Shown: piece by piece, positions 1 to 9,734 of the stretch | Layout: the number at the start of each line of letters is the position of its first letter | Position numbering within the stretch: the stretch's first letter is position 1 | IMG/VR virus record: IMGVR_UViG_3300012940_000032 | Coordinates: 1-51,607 of that record | Source of the DNA: a virus | Lineage: Duplodnaviria; Caudoviricetes | Strand: one strand, 5' to 3' | DNA length: 51,607 nt | The notes under the pieces: model-generated | Seen by the model: the letters and a program-made list of their open reading frames with translations, nothing else | Told to the model about the DNA's origin: nothing | Databases searched by the model: none | Program-made: the position numbers and the translations under genes

Positions 1-507
1 GATTCCGTCGCCCTTGACGTTCCAGACAGCGACATTCTGGATCTTCACATCCTGGACGTGGCCGGTAGCGTAGATCCCGCCGGGGGGAGTGGTTCCTGTG
101 ATGGCGGCGGTAGTAACGCCGATATCCCGGATCGAACAGCCCTCGTTCTCACCTGTCCAGCCTGACACTTCCTTGTCCCGAAGGACGATCACGGCAGCAC
201 CGGACCAAGTACCCGAGTCTGCTCGGATCTGACTGGACTGCATGGAGGACTTGTAGGGCCACATCGGAGCCCCGTCACCCAGGATGTGCATGTTGCGATC
301 GAGGAAGATCGGGGAGGAGATCCGGTAGGTACCGGCTGGGAAGTAGATCACCGAGCCCACGTTGGAGCCCGAGATCGTCTTGTTCTTTGAGTCGTTGGCA
401 GCCGCTGAGACAGCCTTCATGACTGCCGCGTGGTCCAGCGTAGTTCCGTCACCCGTAGCGCCAAAGTCCTTGACGTTGTAGGTTCGGGTGGGTGCCAGAT
501 TACGCAT
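1..507 (-). CDS. N-terminal part of a pectate-lyase-like beta-helix spike/depolymerase (runs off window start)
   Basis: ATG at 507 with GGAGG RBS; translation MRNLAPTRTYNVKDFGATGDGTTLDHAAV...VIYFPAGTYRI matches the Pectate_lyase_3 N-terminal motif; open to base 1. Confidence 0.85.
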   Translation of the reverse strand, partial: MRNLAPTRTYNVKDFGATGDGTTLDHAAVMKAVSAAANDSKNKTISGSNVGSVIYFPAGTYRISSPIFLDRNMHILGDGAPMWPYKSSMQSSQIRADSGTWSGAAVIVLRDKEVSGWTGENEGCSIRDIGVTTAAITGTTPPGGIYATGHVQDVKIQNVAVWNVKGDGI

Positions 508-516
508 GGAGCCTCC

Positions 517-1215
517 TTATGCGAGAATCAGAACACGATACTGGTTGGTGCTGGGCGCAGTGGCAAACCTCAAAGTGACAGTGGAAGTGCTTGTTGCCTC
601 CCAGTCCGTCACGACCCCCACGGGGAGATCCCCCGACACGTCGAGAAGGCTCACTGAGATGTCCTGAGTGCCCAACCCATGCGTAACAACTATTGAAGTG
701 TCAGTTCCGTTTCCGACGTTTCCGGCGAAGCGCTTGGCCTGAGCCACGCCAGCAACCTGGGTGTCCACGTACTTCTTCGTGGCTGCATCCTGGTCGTCGG
801 TTGGGTCTGCCACCCCGGTCAGCTTATGCGAACCCATGGCCAGGTCCGCCGTTGGGGCAGCCATCTGGTTCAGGGTGCTTGTACGAACTTGCGCGTTGAA
901 CGAGGTAGCGTCGAGCTTGCTGGCCACGATGCCGGCACTCGCCTTGATGTTGGCGTTATCGATCACCCCGTCCGCGATCGTCGGGTCAGGGTAGGAACCC
1001 GCCAACTCCCCACCGGCAGGGCCAGTAGGAGCGCCGGAGCCACCCGAGGTGGTCAGGTCCGTCCAGGACGTGCCATCGTAGTAGCGAAGGAGATCAGTGC
1101 TAGTGTCGAAGTAGATCTGACCAGCGACAGGGTTATCCGGGGCAGTGTTCAGGGACTGAATCCGGGCATTCTGAAGCTCGTTCAGCGCCAGGTCCAGGTT
1201 GTTCGCAAACTTCAT
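517..1215 (-). CDS. Virion fibre/decoration-like structural protein
   Basis: GQIYFDT..LRYYDGTSW, GPAGGELAGSYPDP and ADPTDDQDAATKKYVD fibre motifs; C-terminal 'VTHGLGT' beta domain. Confidence 0.7.
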   Translation of the reverse strand: MKFANNLDLALNELQNARIQSLNTAPDNPVAGQIYFDTSTDLLRYYDGTSWTDLTTSGGSGAPTGPAGGELAGSYPDPTIADGVIDNANIKASAGIVASKLDATSFNAQVRTSTLNQMAAPTADLAMGSHKLTGVADPTDDQDAATKKYVDTQVAGVAQAKRFAGNVGNGTDTSIVVTHGLGTQDISVSLLDVSGDLPVGVVTDWEATSTSTVTLRFATAPSTNQYRVLILA

Positions 1216-1223
1216 GTGGACTC

Positions 1224-1730
1224 CTAGCTAAGATATGCCCGGCCCGCAAGGGCTCCGCTGAAGTCCACCACGACCTGAGACGTGATAGACTCTGGGGGAT
1301 AAGAAATGTCAGCCTCAACCTTCTCGCCAGCCGAGTTCACAATAGTGACTGCTGGAGGAAAGCCGAGAGAGTGATTGATCGTCCATGTAGCAGAAGGCAC
1401 GGACTGATAATGGATGTACGAGTCGGCAGCCCCTGGGGTGCCAGCAGCCACACCATAGGCGTAGATCTCATCGCCCTCGCCGGTCATCCCCTGAAGCCGC
1501 ACGTACAAAGTGCGAGTATCATCGTCAGGTCCGTAGAACCGGTCCATCTGGGAGTCGGTCACGGTGACCAGGGAGATGGGGCTAAGCCCCAGGTCTACAA
1601 TGTCGGCAAGCGTAGTGCAAGCCTGATCAGTGTAGACCTGGAGCTTCATGCCATCTACGATTCGGAGGAGGGCTGAGCCACGAAGGACGCCGGCTACGAA
1701 CTGCTCGTTGGGGAACAGGTTACGAGCCAT
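1224..1730 (-). CDS. Structural protein, possible fibre adaptor/head decoration
   Basis: RBS GGAGG; C-terminal YIHYQSVPSATWTINHSLG domain resembles the C-terminus of the adjacent fibre gene; directly after capsid gene. Confidence 0.6.
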   Translation of the reverse strand: MARNLFPNEQFVAGVLRGSALLRIVDGMKLQVYTDQACTTLADIVDLGLSPISLVTVTDSQMDRFYGPDDDTRTLYVRLQGMTGEGDEIYAYGVAAGTPGAADSYIHYQSVPSATWTINHSLGFPPAVTIVNSAGEKVEADISYPPESITSQVVVDFSGALAGRAYLS

Positions 1731-1748
1731 GATGCCCTCCTAGTTGAG

Positions 1749-2801
1749 TCAGACGCTACCGGCCTCGGTGAAGCTGGCCTTGGCCGCACGAACCACGGTA
1801 CGGTTGCCGCCCACAACGGGGCCGTCCGCAACCGCCGAGGCGCCCGCGTACATGGTCACAACCGAACGGTCGATCATGTGCAGCGCGTCGTAGTCCTGGA
1901 GCCACATAACCGAGACGCCATCGCCAGAAGCCGACGCAGCCTGCACAGCACCCTCAGGAGCACGCGGGGTCACGGTCGAGACGATGAAGGCGGTGTTGTG
2001 GAACAGGTACATCGCGTTCGCGTCCACGTTCTGGTCAACCACAACGTCCATGCCGAAGATCCGACCGATCGTCGCGTCCCGCAGAGCGTTGGTGTTGCCC
2101 TGGCTGTCGTAGCGCTGGAACTTGTCCGACAGCAGCAGCGCGGTCTCGATGTTGATACCCACGACCAGCTTGCGGTTCGCCTGGGGAACGTACTTGGCGT
2201 TCAGGGCGTTACGCATGAGCAGGATCGTCTTGATGACCTTGGCCGCATCCTCGTCCGAGCCGTCACCGGCCAGCGCGCCGCCGTCGAACACGAGGTCCGT
2301 GTGGTAGTTCGCACCGGTCAGGGTGTCAGCCGCCAGGCCATCCAGCTCCTCCGCGATGGTGCGGACCTGAGGAGCCAGGTACTGCCGCGCGAAGTTCGGA
2401 ACGGTCAGGGTCAGGTCCTCCAGGGTCACACCCAGAGCCTTGTACCACGCCTTGTCGATGGTCAGAGGCGAGGTGACCTCACCCACGGTGTCCACGACGA
2501 TCGAAGGCCGGTCGCCATAGGCAGTCGGACCAAACGAGTCGTAGGTGGCGTCGTCACCGGTCGGAGTGCCGGACGGGCCGACATCCTGGCCTGGCCGCCA
2601 GCCAGCACCAAACTGGCGAGCCGCGCTCAGCCGCTGAGGAATGCGGATGTTCACGGTGTCGTGTGGACGACCAGTCCAGTCAATGTGGCTGTCGCGGAAG
2701 AACAGGTTGACCAGGGTCAGTTCCTTCTGAAGCAGGGCAATGCCCACGTCCACAACGTCTCGCGCCTGGACCAGGTTGTTAGTGTTGCCGTTGGAAGCCA
2801 T
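1749..2801 (-). CDS. Major capsid protein (P22-coat-like, HK97 fold)
   Basis: 350 aa after scaffold; DTVNIRIP, ALRDATIGRIFGMDVV motifs typical of actinophage coat proteins. Confidence 0.9.
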   Translation of the reverse strand: MASNGNTNNLVQARDVVDVGIALLQKELTLVNLFFRDSHIDWTGRPHDTVNIRIPQRLSAARQFGAGWRPGQDVGPSGTPTGDDATYDSFGPTAYGDRPSIVVDTVGEVTSPLTIDKAWYKALGVTLEDLTLTVPNFARQYLAPQVRTIAEELDGLAADTLTGANYHTDLVFDGGALAGDGSDEDAAKVIKTILLMRNALNAKYVPQANRKLVVGINIETALLLSDKFQRYDSQGNTNALRDATIGRIFGMDVVVDQNVDANAMYLFHNTAFIVSTVTPRAPEGAVQAASASGDGVSVMWLQDYDALHMIDRSVVTMYAGASAVADGPVVGGNRTVVRAAKASFTEAGSV

Positions 2802-2816
2802 TAATTTCCTTCTTTC

Positions 2817-3011
2817 TTAGGAGATCTCGGTACGAGTCTCTTCCACTCGGTAAACGGTGAGGGTGGACGTGCCGCCGAAGTGCAGCGCATCTGTGTACCT
2901 GCTGGCGTAGTTTAGAGCCAGCGAATCCGAAGGAGAGTCGAATTGAATCGTCCCCTCGTACGGTCCTGGAATGCTCTCAGTTGCATTTACAATGTGAGCC
3001 TCGTACCGCAT
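2817..3011 (-). CDS. Small hypothetical protein between scaffold and capsid
   Basis: 64 aa ORF with GGAGG RBS filling the gap. Confidence 0.6.
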   Translation of the reverse strand: MRYEAHIVNATESIPGPYEGTIQFDSPSDSLALNYASRYTDALHFGGTSTLTVYRVEETRTEIS

Positions 3012-3033
3012 GATCCTCCAGAGTAGTCAGGGC

Positions 3034-3567
3034 TCAGAAGCCGTAAAGGCTCTGGGCAATCTTGTCAGCATCGATCTTCGGGGTGGGCTCCGGATCGCTG
3101 CCACCCTTAAGCTCCTTACCCCGACGAGAGAAGGCAGGAGTGTCATCCTCACGGCCAGACAGCCCGAGGTCGTTCATGAGAGTGTCGGCGTCAGCCTCCA
3201 GCTCTTCCTTAGTGGAACCAACGAGACGCTTAGCCTGGGCCTTGGTCAGACCCTTCTCAAGCGCGATCTCCGCGCGCCAGTAATCCTGCTCCAGCTTGGT
3301 CTTGGCAGCGGCCAGCTCCGAGAACTTCTGCTCCGAAGTCTTCTCGGCCTCCTGGCGCTTACGGAACTCCTCTTCGAGGGGCTCAAGCTCCTTCAGCCGG
3401 GCACGCAGGGACTGGTTTTCACGGTTCTTCTTGCTCATTGCCTTTCGAGCACGATCCTCATCCCACGTCTCACCCGAAGTCTCGTCCTCGGTGTCCGGGG
3501 TGTCCTCGTCCGCCAGCTCGTATTCGCCGGTGTCGTAGTTCTCAAGGTCGTTGGTCTCGTCGGCCAT
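3034..3567 (-). CDS. Capsid scaffolding protein
   Basis: Acidic coiled coil with RLVGSTKEELEADAD motif; upstream of capsid gene. Confidence 0.85.
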   Translation of the reverse strand: MADETNDLENYDTGEYELADEDTPDTEDETSGETWDEDRARKAMSKKNRENQSLRARLKELEPLEEEFRKRQEAEKTSEQKFSELAAAKTKLEQDYWRAEIALEKGLTKAQAKRLVGSTKEELEADADTLMNDLGLSGREDDTPAFSRRGKELKGGSDPEPTPKIDADKIAQSLYGF

Positions 3568-3576
3568 TGTCGCCTC

Positions 3577-4356
3577 CTAGGGCTTGTTCCGGGCCTCGTA
3601 GGCACGTCGGAAGGCGTTGATTGCTGCCTTGCCCGACTTGCCCTTGGTGGCCTCCTGATAAAGTTTGTAGTACTCATCCACCACCGGTGGACTCTGAGCC
3701 TCATCCACAAAGAACGGCTCGATGAAACAGTGGCAGTGGTCGTGGACCTTAGCCTGCCCTTCCTCTCCCACGAACAACTCGTTGGAGTTCTTGCCAGCCG
3801 AGCCCTCGTTCTTGTAGACTGGGCCACGGCTAATGAGCATCGCGCAGAAGTAGCAGGGAGAGCCTGTGGATGACAGCCTCTGCCATCCCACCGCTACCCT
3901 GTCCTTCTTCACGTTGTCCCTGACCGTGTTTCGTCCCGCATCACCCACGATGCGATCAGCAGAACCGGTCAGAGTCACGGTGGCTCGGGACTTGGCCTCA
4001 GCCTCATCCAGACCAGCCCCAAGAGCCTTCTTCAGCTCGGTAGGGCCGGTGACCCCGAAGGACACCTCGTAGAGAGCATCCGGAGCAGGATCAGCCAAAA
4101 TCGAGGTGTAGGGTGTCGAGATGTCCAAAGAGCGAATCGCATCGTAGTACTGCCGGCCAATGGATGCACTGGCCAGCTCGTACTGCTTCACGATCTCACG
4201 GACTCGGGGGAAGGCGTCAGCCCACCACTGATCGAGATCCGCTAACTCCGCTCCCTGCAACGTTCGCTCCATTACTGGAGCCATACGCTGAGCCAAGCTG
4301 GCTTGCTGTTGGGCGTACCAGGCTGCCAGCGCCTCGGTTTGCTCCTGACTGGCCAT
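3577..4356 (-). CDS. MuF-like head protein / capsid maturation protein (L5 gp15-like)
   Basis: GWQR...PCYFCAMLISRGPVY...HDHCHC motif; between portal and scaffold. Confidence 0.8.
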   Translation of the reverse strand: MASQEQTEALAAWYAQQQASLAQRMAPVMERTLQGAELADLDQWWADAFPRVREIVKQYELASASIGRQYYDAIRSLDISTPYTSILADPAPDALYEVSFGVTGPTELKKALGAGLDEAEAKSRATVTLTGSADRIVGDAGRNTVRDNVKKDRVAVGWQRLSSTGSPCYFCAMLISRGPVYKNEGSAGKNSNELFVGEEGQAKVHDHCHCFIEPFFVDEAQSPPVVDEYYKLYQEATKGKSGKAAINAFRRAYEARNKP

Positions 4357-5785
4357 TCACACCTCCCTCGGGAGGCTGAAGCGCCATCTGCTGAGCCAGA
4401 GCCTCGGCATCGCGCTTCTTCTTGGCGTTTCGCCAACGCTGGACATCCTCCTGAGTCACATCAGGGATACGCTCCCAGAGCTGATCCGGTGGAACCTCCA
4501 GCATCACGGCCATCTTGCCGTACGCGTCCGCCACCTGAGCCAGCGAGCGAGTCTCGGTGTCTTCCCAGAACGTCTCCAGGGTGTAGTCCTTGGCCTCATC
4601 CAGGTCACCGCCCATGTAGGCTGCAACACGAAGCATCTGGCCAACAGCCTCACCAAACGACTTCTGACGCTCCGCCGTCTTACGACTAGCGGCTGACTCA
4701 AGAGCCGACAGGGCATCAGAGGCGATGTTACCGCCGATGTCACCCAGGAAGTTCTGAGGGGGAGTCTGGGACTTGATGGCGAAACGACGAATGGCGAACA
4801 GGGCAGAGTCGATGAATGGCCCCATCGAAGTCTCCTCCATGGTGCCGGCCTTGGTGTCGGCATCGGGGAAGACCATCATCACGTCCTGAGCCAGGCGCAT
4901 CTTCTCCTGCTGGGCCTTGTTGCCAGGGACAGGGTTGCCGTCCTCATCAACGTCACCCAGCATCACGCCAGAAATCCAGCGGATCTTGAAGGAGTTGAAC
5001 GTCTGGGTCATGAGCAGGTCGAACAGGGTCTGGTTCAGGTTGTCCTGGGACGGGATCAAGGGCTCAACCTCACCCCAGTATCGGCCATCCAGGTCCAGCT
5101 CGTTGACGAAGCGGATCACGGGGCAGACAGGAACACCGTGCTCGATACGACTAGTCTCGTCCCAGACACCCTCGGAATCGCCCTGAATGTAGTCGATCGC
5201 ATACGTGTCATCGATCAGGGTGATCGTGGCCTTCTGCTCACCCTGCCAGTCCGGGAGCTTGCACTCCTTGGTCAGCCCGTGCACCTCAATAGCACACTCG
5301 GGGAACTCGTCGTTTGCCGGGTCCTCGTAGAAGGCCATGAAGTGTCGAGGGGAATGAGCAGTGATGACCGGGCCAGGCTTGCGCGTGAACACGTTAGCCC
5401 CGGGGAGAACCGTGGAGTACGCCACTCCGTACGTCAGCGCCGTACTCCAGACCTGGGCCTGGCGAGCATCCCACCGGTTGTCCTGCCAGTACTGCCAGCA
5501 CTTGGCATTCGTGGCGTCAGGGTCGTTCGAGCGGAACGAGTTGAGGATCAGAGCCTGGGCTCGCACCTTGACAACCAGGTCGAGGATGTTGAACTTGGCT
5601 CGGGCCATCAGGCGAGCATACTGCCGAGTGGTGGGGTCCATCGGCTTGATAGGGTCGTCCTGAATCCCTCGGTAGTACTCATCGATCTTCTTGAGCCCAA
5701 CCCGGTGGCCATTCCCGGTCTGCTCAAGAAGAAACGTGGGGAGCAGGTGATCGTTGATCAACTGCACGGGGTTATCAACTGGCAT
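4217..5785 (-). CDS. Portal protein (SPP1 gp6-like)
   Basis: 522 aa after terminase; HGVPVCPVIRFVN..GEVEPLIPSQD motifs; low-complexity tail overlaps next gene. Confidence 0.9.
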   Translation of the reverse strand: MPVDNPVQLINDHLLPTFLLEQTGNGHRVGLKKIDEYYRGIQDDPIKPMDPTTRQYARLMARAKFNILDLVVKVRAQALILNSFRSNDPDATNAKCWQYWQDNRWDARQAQVWSTALTYGVAYSTVLPGANVFTRKPGPVITAHSPRHFMAFYEDPANDEFPECAIEVHGLTKECKLPDWQGEQKATITLIDDTYAIDYIQGDSEGVWDETSRIEHGVPVCPVIRFVNELDLDGRYWGEVEPLIPSQDNLNQTLFDLLMTQTFNSFKIRWISGVMLGDVDEDGNPVPGNKAQQEKMRLAQDVMMVFPDADTKAGTMEETSMGPFIDSALFAIRRFAIKSQTPPQNFLGDIGGNIASDALSALESAASRKTAERQKSFGEAVGQMLRVAAYMGGDLDEAKDYTLETFWEDTETRSLAQVADAYGKMAVMLEVPPDQLWERIPDVTQEDVQRWRNAKKKRDAEALAQQMALQPPEGGVNGQSGANRGAGSLVRPTASQLGSAYGSSNGANVAGSGVSGSRSVVG

Positions 5786-5800
5786 CGTCCCTCCAAGGGG

Positions 5801-7516
5801 CTACCAGGCAAAGCCATAACGCTTCTTCTCTGGCTTCTCCTTGGTGCGGAAGTCACGCCAGGCCATGAAGGCGAGGACCGTTGCCGCCAGGGCATCGACC
5901 TTGTTATAGCTGCCTGCATTCTCCTTGCCAAACGAGATGCCGTACTGGTTAGGCCGGCGTCGGGCATTGAGAATGTGTCGGGTCAGTAGTTTGTCTGGTA
6001 CATACAGGCCGGGCTCGCCAGTCTCAATCCGGGCCGCCAGGGCCTCGGCTGCTTGAGTTGACTGTCCCAGCTTGGTACGCATGTCCCAGCCAACAAAGGA
6101 CGAAGGCGAAGCCTTGATCTTGAGCTGGTTCATGTACTTCATCGACCAGTTGTCGACGTAAGACTCCCACTCACGCACATCAGAGTAGAAGCCCACCACG
6201 TTGTACTGGGCGAAAGCCCACTCAACGTGGTCGTTCACAGCAACTCGGTCAATCTCCCAGCCCTCATCAAATGGGGGGCGTGGGCGCTCCCAGACCTTCA
6301 GGCACTGAATCAGCCCGTCCTTGACTCGAATGGCCACCAGAGCCGTGGAGTCTCGGGTCTTAGATCCGTCGAAACCGAGGACAACCTGTTCACCCTTCTC
6401 AATAGCCACACCAGGTGGCGCAGAGCAGCGTTCCCAGTCCTGCTTGGTAACCCAAGCGTCCTCAGCAGCGACCACCTGATTGAAGTAGAACCGGCGAGCC
6501 GACGCCATGGGCGTCTGGCCATCCAGGATCTCCTCCAGGAGTCGTGGGATGTTGAGCCATACGGAATCGCCACGAGCGTGCTCAAGGCACCGGGTGATCC
6601 GGCGCTTGCGCTCAGCGATCTTGGCTGCACGCTCTTCCTCGGTAGAGGAAGGCATGTCCTTGCAGTACACGTCAATGGCCGGGTTCGACTCCAGGGAGTC
6701 GTAGAAGATGCCCGAGGCGATCGACTTACCCGTGATGATATCCTGTACCGAGTCGTAAGTGCCCTCGGCCCAGGAGTTCTGACCAGGAACGTGCGCGTTG
6801 GTGATCTGCATCGATCGGGCACCACCGCCAGGCCGCTTGGCCAGGTTACGGTCGATAACGGTACCCATTTCGTCACCGCCCTGGGCTGGAACCCAGTGGT
6901 GAGTCTCGTTCATGATGACGAAGGTTGGGCGCCCACCCTCCAGGGCACGAGGCGAAGAGGTGACAGCCTCGATCTGACCGAATGGCGACTGAACCTGCTC
7001 CTTACCAACCTCGATCCCAAACCGGGCGATGGCGAGCTTGGAGAACAGGCCAGGGAAGACCTTCATCGTGTTCTTGGTCTGGAAGATGGAGACAGCAGCG
7101 ATCTGAACCCAGGCTGCGTTCTCCCGGACTGCGATAGGGTTACCCTCGTCGTCCCAGCCGCCAAACCGGCAGGGGCCGAGCATCTCCACAGCAGCGATGA
7201 TGGCCAGGAAGGGGTCCTTACCCCAGCCCTTCATGCGCCGAAGAACCCCACGGCGGAACAGGAAGTTGCCGTCATCGTCAATGGCGTACCACCAGAGCAG
7301 AATTCGAATCTGCTCAGCGGTTGGGCGCCAGCGAGTGCCTGCCAGGGGCCCATCGGACTGGAGGAGGTACTCGTCCGCGAAGGACAGGACATCCCAGCCC
7401 AGAGTCTTCTCTGGTAGGATGAACGACCCAAAGGCGTCTCGCTCCCAGACAGGGCCGTAGTGAACAGCCTCCAGGTCCTCCCAGGCGGCTCGATGCTCCT
7501 GGAGTTCCTGAGTCAT
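5801..7516 (-). CDS. terL: Terminase large subunit (L5 gp13-like)
   Basis: RRMKGWGKDP Walker A, NETHHW Walker B, LGFDGSKTRDSTAL nuclease motif, KVDALAA. Confidence 0.95.
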   Translation of the reverse strand: MTQELQEHRAAWEDLEAVHYGPVWERDAFGSFILPEKTLGWDVLSFADEYLLQSDGPLAGTRWRPTAEQIRILLWWYAIDDDGNFLFRRGVLRRMKGWGKDPFLAIIAAVEMLGPCRFGGWDDEGNPIAVRENAAWVQIAAVSIFQTKNTMKVFPGLFSKLAIARFGIEVGKEQVQSPFGQIEAVTSSPRALEGGRPTFVIMNETHHWVPAQGGDEMGTVIDRNLAKRPGGGARSMQITNAHVPGQNSWAEGTYDSVQDIITGKSIASGIFYDSLESNPAIDVYCKDMPSSTEEERAAKIAERKRRITRCLEHARGDSVWLNIPRLLEEILDGQTPMASARRFYFNQVVAAEDAWVTKQDWERCSAPPGVAIEKGEQVVLGFDGSKTRDSTALVAIRVKDGLIQCLKVWERPRPPFDEGWEIDRVAVNDHVEWAFAQYNVVGFYSDVREWESYVDNWSMKYMNQLKIKASPSSFVGWDMRTKLGQSTQAAEALAARIETGEPGLYVPDKLLTRHILNARRRPNQYGISFGKENAGSYNKVDALAATVLAFMAWRDFRTKEKPEKKRYGFAW

Positions 7517-7953
7517 ACCGCACCACCAGCCAGGAGCCGGAACTGTGCCATCCGGTCCTCCTTGGCCTTAGCCTCCTGCTCCGAGTTGTCCGAACGGTCG
7601 ATCTCCATCTTGAGCCGGCGCCGGTCTCCCTCGGTGAGCATGAGCGAGGTCAGAGCGGACATGATCTCCCCGAACATGGTCGGGCTCTTCTTCTCCTGCG
7701 AGAGGTAGTCGTTGAGCTGCGACATGATGATTCGGGCGTACTGCCAGTCCGAAGGCTCGTAGAACTTGGCCTGGCCAGACTGGGTGAGGCTGTGGTACAG
7801 TGAAGTTACAAGTTCATGGGCTTCGAAGCCAAGCTCGGGCGGCTCAACGTCTCCCGTCATCACAACGCGGGTAGCTGCCGACGCCTCCTTGGACTGGCGA
7901 GGATGCCCCATACGCTGATCTTCCCGCTTACCAGCGGGTCCACGAGATCCCAT
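7513..7953 (-). CDS. terS: Terminase small subunit (L5 gp5-like)
   Basis: QSGQAKFYEPSDWQYA and LMLTEGDRRRLKME motifs; coupled to terL. Confidence 0.85.
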   Translation of the reverse strand: MGSRGPAGKREDQRMGHPRQSKEASAATRVVMTGDVEPPELGFEAHELVTSLYHSLTQSGQAKFYEPSDWQYARIIMSQLNDYLSQEKKSPTMFGEIMSALTSLMLTEGDRRRLKMEIDRSDNSEQEAKAKEDRMAQFRLLAGGAV

Positions 7954-7985
7954 GATAGCCTCCAGGGCAAGGAAGGAAGTTTGAA

Positions 7986-8321
7986 ATGTTTCGAATGTAC
8001 AGCAACCTGCTCATCATCGGGTTCGTCCTGATGATCCTAGGAGCACCGATGGCCCTGCTCGGGCTGGCGGTGCACAACCTTCAGTTCATGCTGGGACTCG
8101 GGATGTTCGCAGGCCTGTGTGGCGCGATCGGGCTGGTCGTGTCCATCATCGAGAAGGATATGAAGCAGGCTAAAGCTCGCCGAGATTACGCTCAGCGGTA
8201 CGCCGCTTGGGCAGAAAGCGCTGCCCGGACGCCTGGTTGCCCTCCCATCCAGATTTCATACTGTGATGTGCGTGGCAAAGAGCCCGGAGATTTCTGCGGC
8301 TGTGGTCGTCACCGCGTCTGA
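7986..8321 (+). CDS. Two-TM membrane protein, antisense to packaging operon
   Basis: AAGGAAGG upstream; two hydrophobic stretches; fills the terS-HNH gap and overlaps the HNH 3' end. Confidence 0.5.
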   Translation: MFRMYSNLLIIGFVLMILGAPMALLGLAVHNLQFMLGLGMFAGLCGAIGLVVSIIEKDMKQAKARRDYAQRYAAWAESAARTPGCPPIQISYCDVRGKEPGDFCGCGRHRV

Positions 8322-8487
8322 TGTGGTCGCATTCCTCGGCGGGTTGGATGCACCGCTCTACTTCGCCATCAGAGTAGCGCTCAGTCCACTCACAGCGATA
8401 GCCGGCCTCCTGGAAGACGCGCTCTCGTAGTTTGGCCCAGTTCGCAGGCAGCCGAGCCCTGCGACTGGAGCCCTCCCACGCCATCAC
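8170..8487 (-). CDS. Packaging-associated HNH endonuclease
   Basis: RLPANW..R..V..RCE...DHIRRGDDHSRRNLRALC..HH motif; immediately upstream of terS. Confidence 0.85.
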   Translation of the reverse strand: MMAWEGSSRRARLPANWAKLRERVFQEAGYRCEWTERYSDGEVERCIQPAEECDHIRRGDDHSRRNLRALCHAHHSMKSGWEGNQASGQRFLPKRRTAERNLGEL

Positions 8488-8750
8488 TTCCGCCTGTGGT
8501 GCTTGGCCTCAAACTCGGCCTGCTCAACCCCAGGGGCGTGGCCTGGCCAGGCCCCCGTGGCGCGGTGGTGCAGGTTAGCGCAGAGGCCCTTGGCGTCCTG
8601 GGGGAAGTACTTGGTGAGGTGCGACAGGCACCGGTCGAAGTCACCGGGAACGCCCCAGCGAATCTTAGCGGCGCCGACGCCATGGGCCCAATAGCGCATC
8701 AGGCGCTCGGTATTCTCTACGTCCTTAGGACTCTTCTCCACCATCGTCAT
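8484..8750 (-). CDS. Actinophage hypothetical protein (WGVPGDFDRC...GLCANLH motif)
   Basis: Coupled ORF; Cys/His motif I recall from other actinophage head regions. Confidence 0.7.
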   Translation of the reverse strand: MTMVEKSPKDVENTERLMRYWAHGVGAAKIRWGVPGDFDRCLSHLTKYFPQDAKGLCANLHHRATGAWPGHAPGVEQAEFEAKHHRRK

Positions 8751-9027
8751 CGCCTCCAGAGAGTTCGTACATGATCCCCTCCGCGATGTCCGACACGGTG
8801 TCGTTGTCCAGTGCTTCTCGGTGGAGCATCTTGGTGATCCACGGAGACTGGTCAGCCATCACGAACGAGTGGATGTGCCGGCCCATGTTTTCGTCCACGG
8901 CCTCGAACGTGAGCACCCACGAGTTGATGATCGCGGGGCCGCCCAGAATCTGAGCTGCGAGCGGCTCGAAGATCTCCTCGATCTGGACGATCTCTTCTTC
9001 CTGCTGGTCTTCTGGCTCCTCGGCCAT
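8725..9027 (-). CDS. Acidic hypothetical protein, first gene of late operon
   Basis: GGGGAGGGG RBS, phage-like codon usage. Confidence 0.7.
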   Translation of the reverse strand: MAEEPEDQQEEEIVQIEEIFEPLAAQILGGPAIINSWVLTFEAVDENMGRHIHSFVMADQSPWITKMLHREALDNDTVSDIAEGIMYELSGGDDDGGEES

Positions 9028-9059
9028 ATCCCCTCCCCTGAGTGTGGTACACTGAGTAC

Positions 9060-9656
9060 ATGATTACATCGACAGGAACCTGCCTACGGTGCGGGTTGGC
9101 GTTCTCCCGAGAGCGCAAGCGAGGGCCAGCGCCCAAATACTGCTCAACCAAATGCAAGGACCTCTACAATCACCCATACACCAAAAAGACGAGGGTCTTG
9201 AAGGTGTGTCTCTACTGCAAAGGCACCTGGTCTCCCGGGCACGAAGGAGCCAAATTCTGCTCCGCCCGATGTGGGGCCAAATGGAGATACCGAAATGACC
9301 CAGAGTCTCGGGCCAAAACCCTGGCCAGAGCCCGCGTCCACAGTGCTGCGTGGCACAAGAAAAAAGCTGCCGAAGACCCAGAGTGGGCCAAGCTCAGGCG
9401 TAATGGCTTTCTTAGGGCACGTCTTGGCGAAGACTGGGACTGGTTCTCTAAGCTGCTGGAAGTGAAGCTTGAGTACTGGGGAGGACGATGCTGGGTATGC
9501 GGAGAGCACCCGGAAAAAATCCAGTGGGACCACGTTAAGCCAAAGTCAAAGGGAGGGGCAGACTTGATTTGTAATCTCAGGCCCTCGTGCCCGGATTGCA
9601 ATAACGCAAAACGCGCTAAGTGGCCGCACCCAACGTCTGCATTTTATGCAGCCTAA
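9060..9656 (+). CDS. HNH endonuclease with N-terminal Zn-finger repeats
   Basis: CxxC..YCS..C repeats and CWVCG..WDHVKPKSKGG..NL..SCPDCNNAK; extended -10 TGGTACACT (9045-9053) 6 nt before ATG suggests a leaderless mRNA. Confidence 0.85.
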   Translation: MITSTGTCLRCGLAFSRERKRGPAPKYCSTKCKDLYNHPYTKKTRVLKVCLYCKGTWSPGHEGAKFCSARCGAKWRYRNDPESRAKTLARARVHSAAWHKKKAAEDPEWAKLRRNGFLRARLGEDWDWFSKLLEVKLEYWGGRCWVCGEHPEKIQWDHVKPKSKGGADLICNLRPSCPDCNNAKRAKWPHPTSAFYAA

Positions 9657-9734
9657 TCCTCGCAGCCCCATCACTGCCCGTGTGCAGGGTGGGGCTGTTT
9701 TAAACTCTAAAACTTCAGCGGAAGTTTTTATGCT

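Noticed and set aside
4217-4356. 140-nt portal/MuF overlap as a frameshift or novelty
   Set aside because: Low-complexity portal tail running past a well-defined downstream RBS; no slippery site needed
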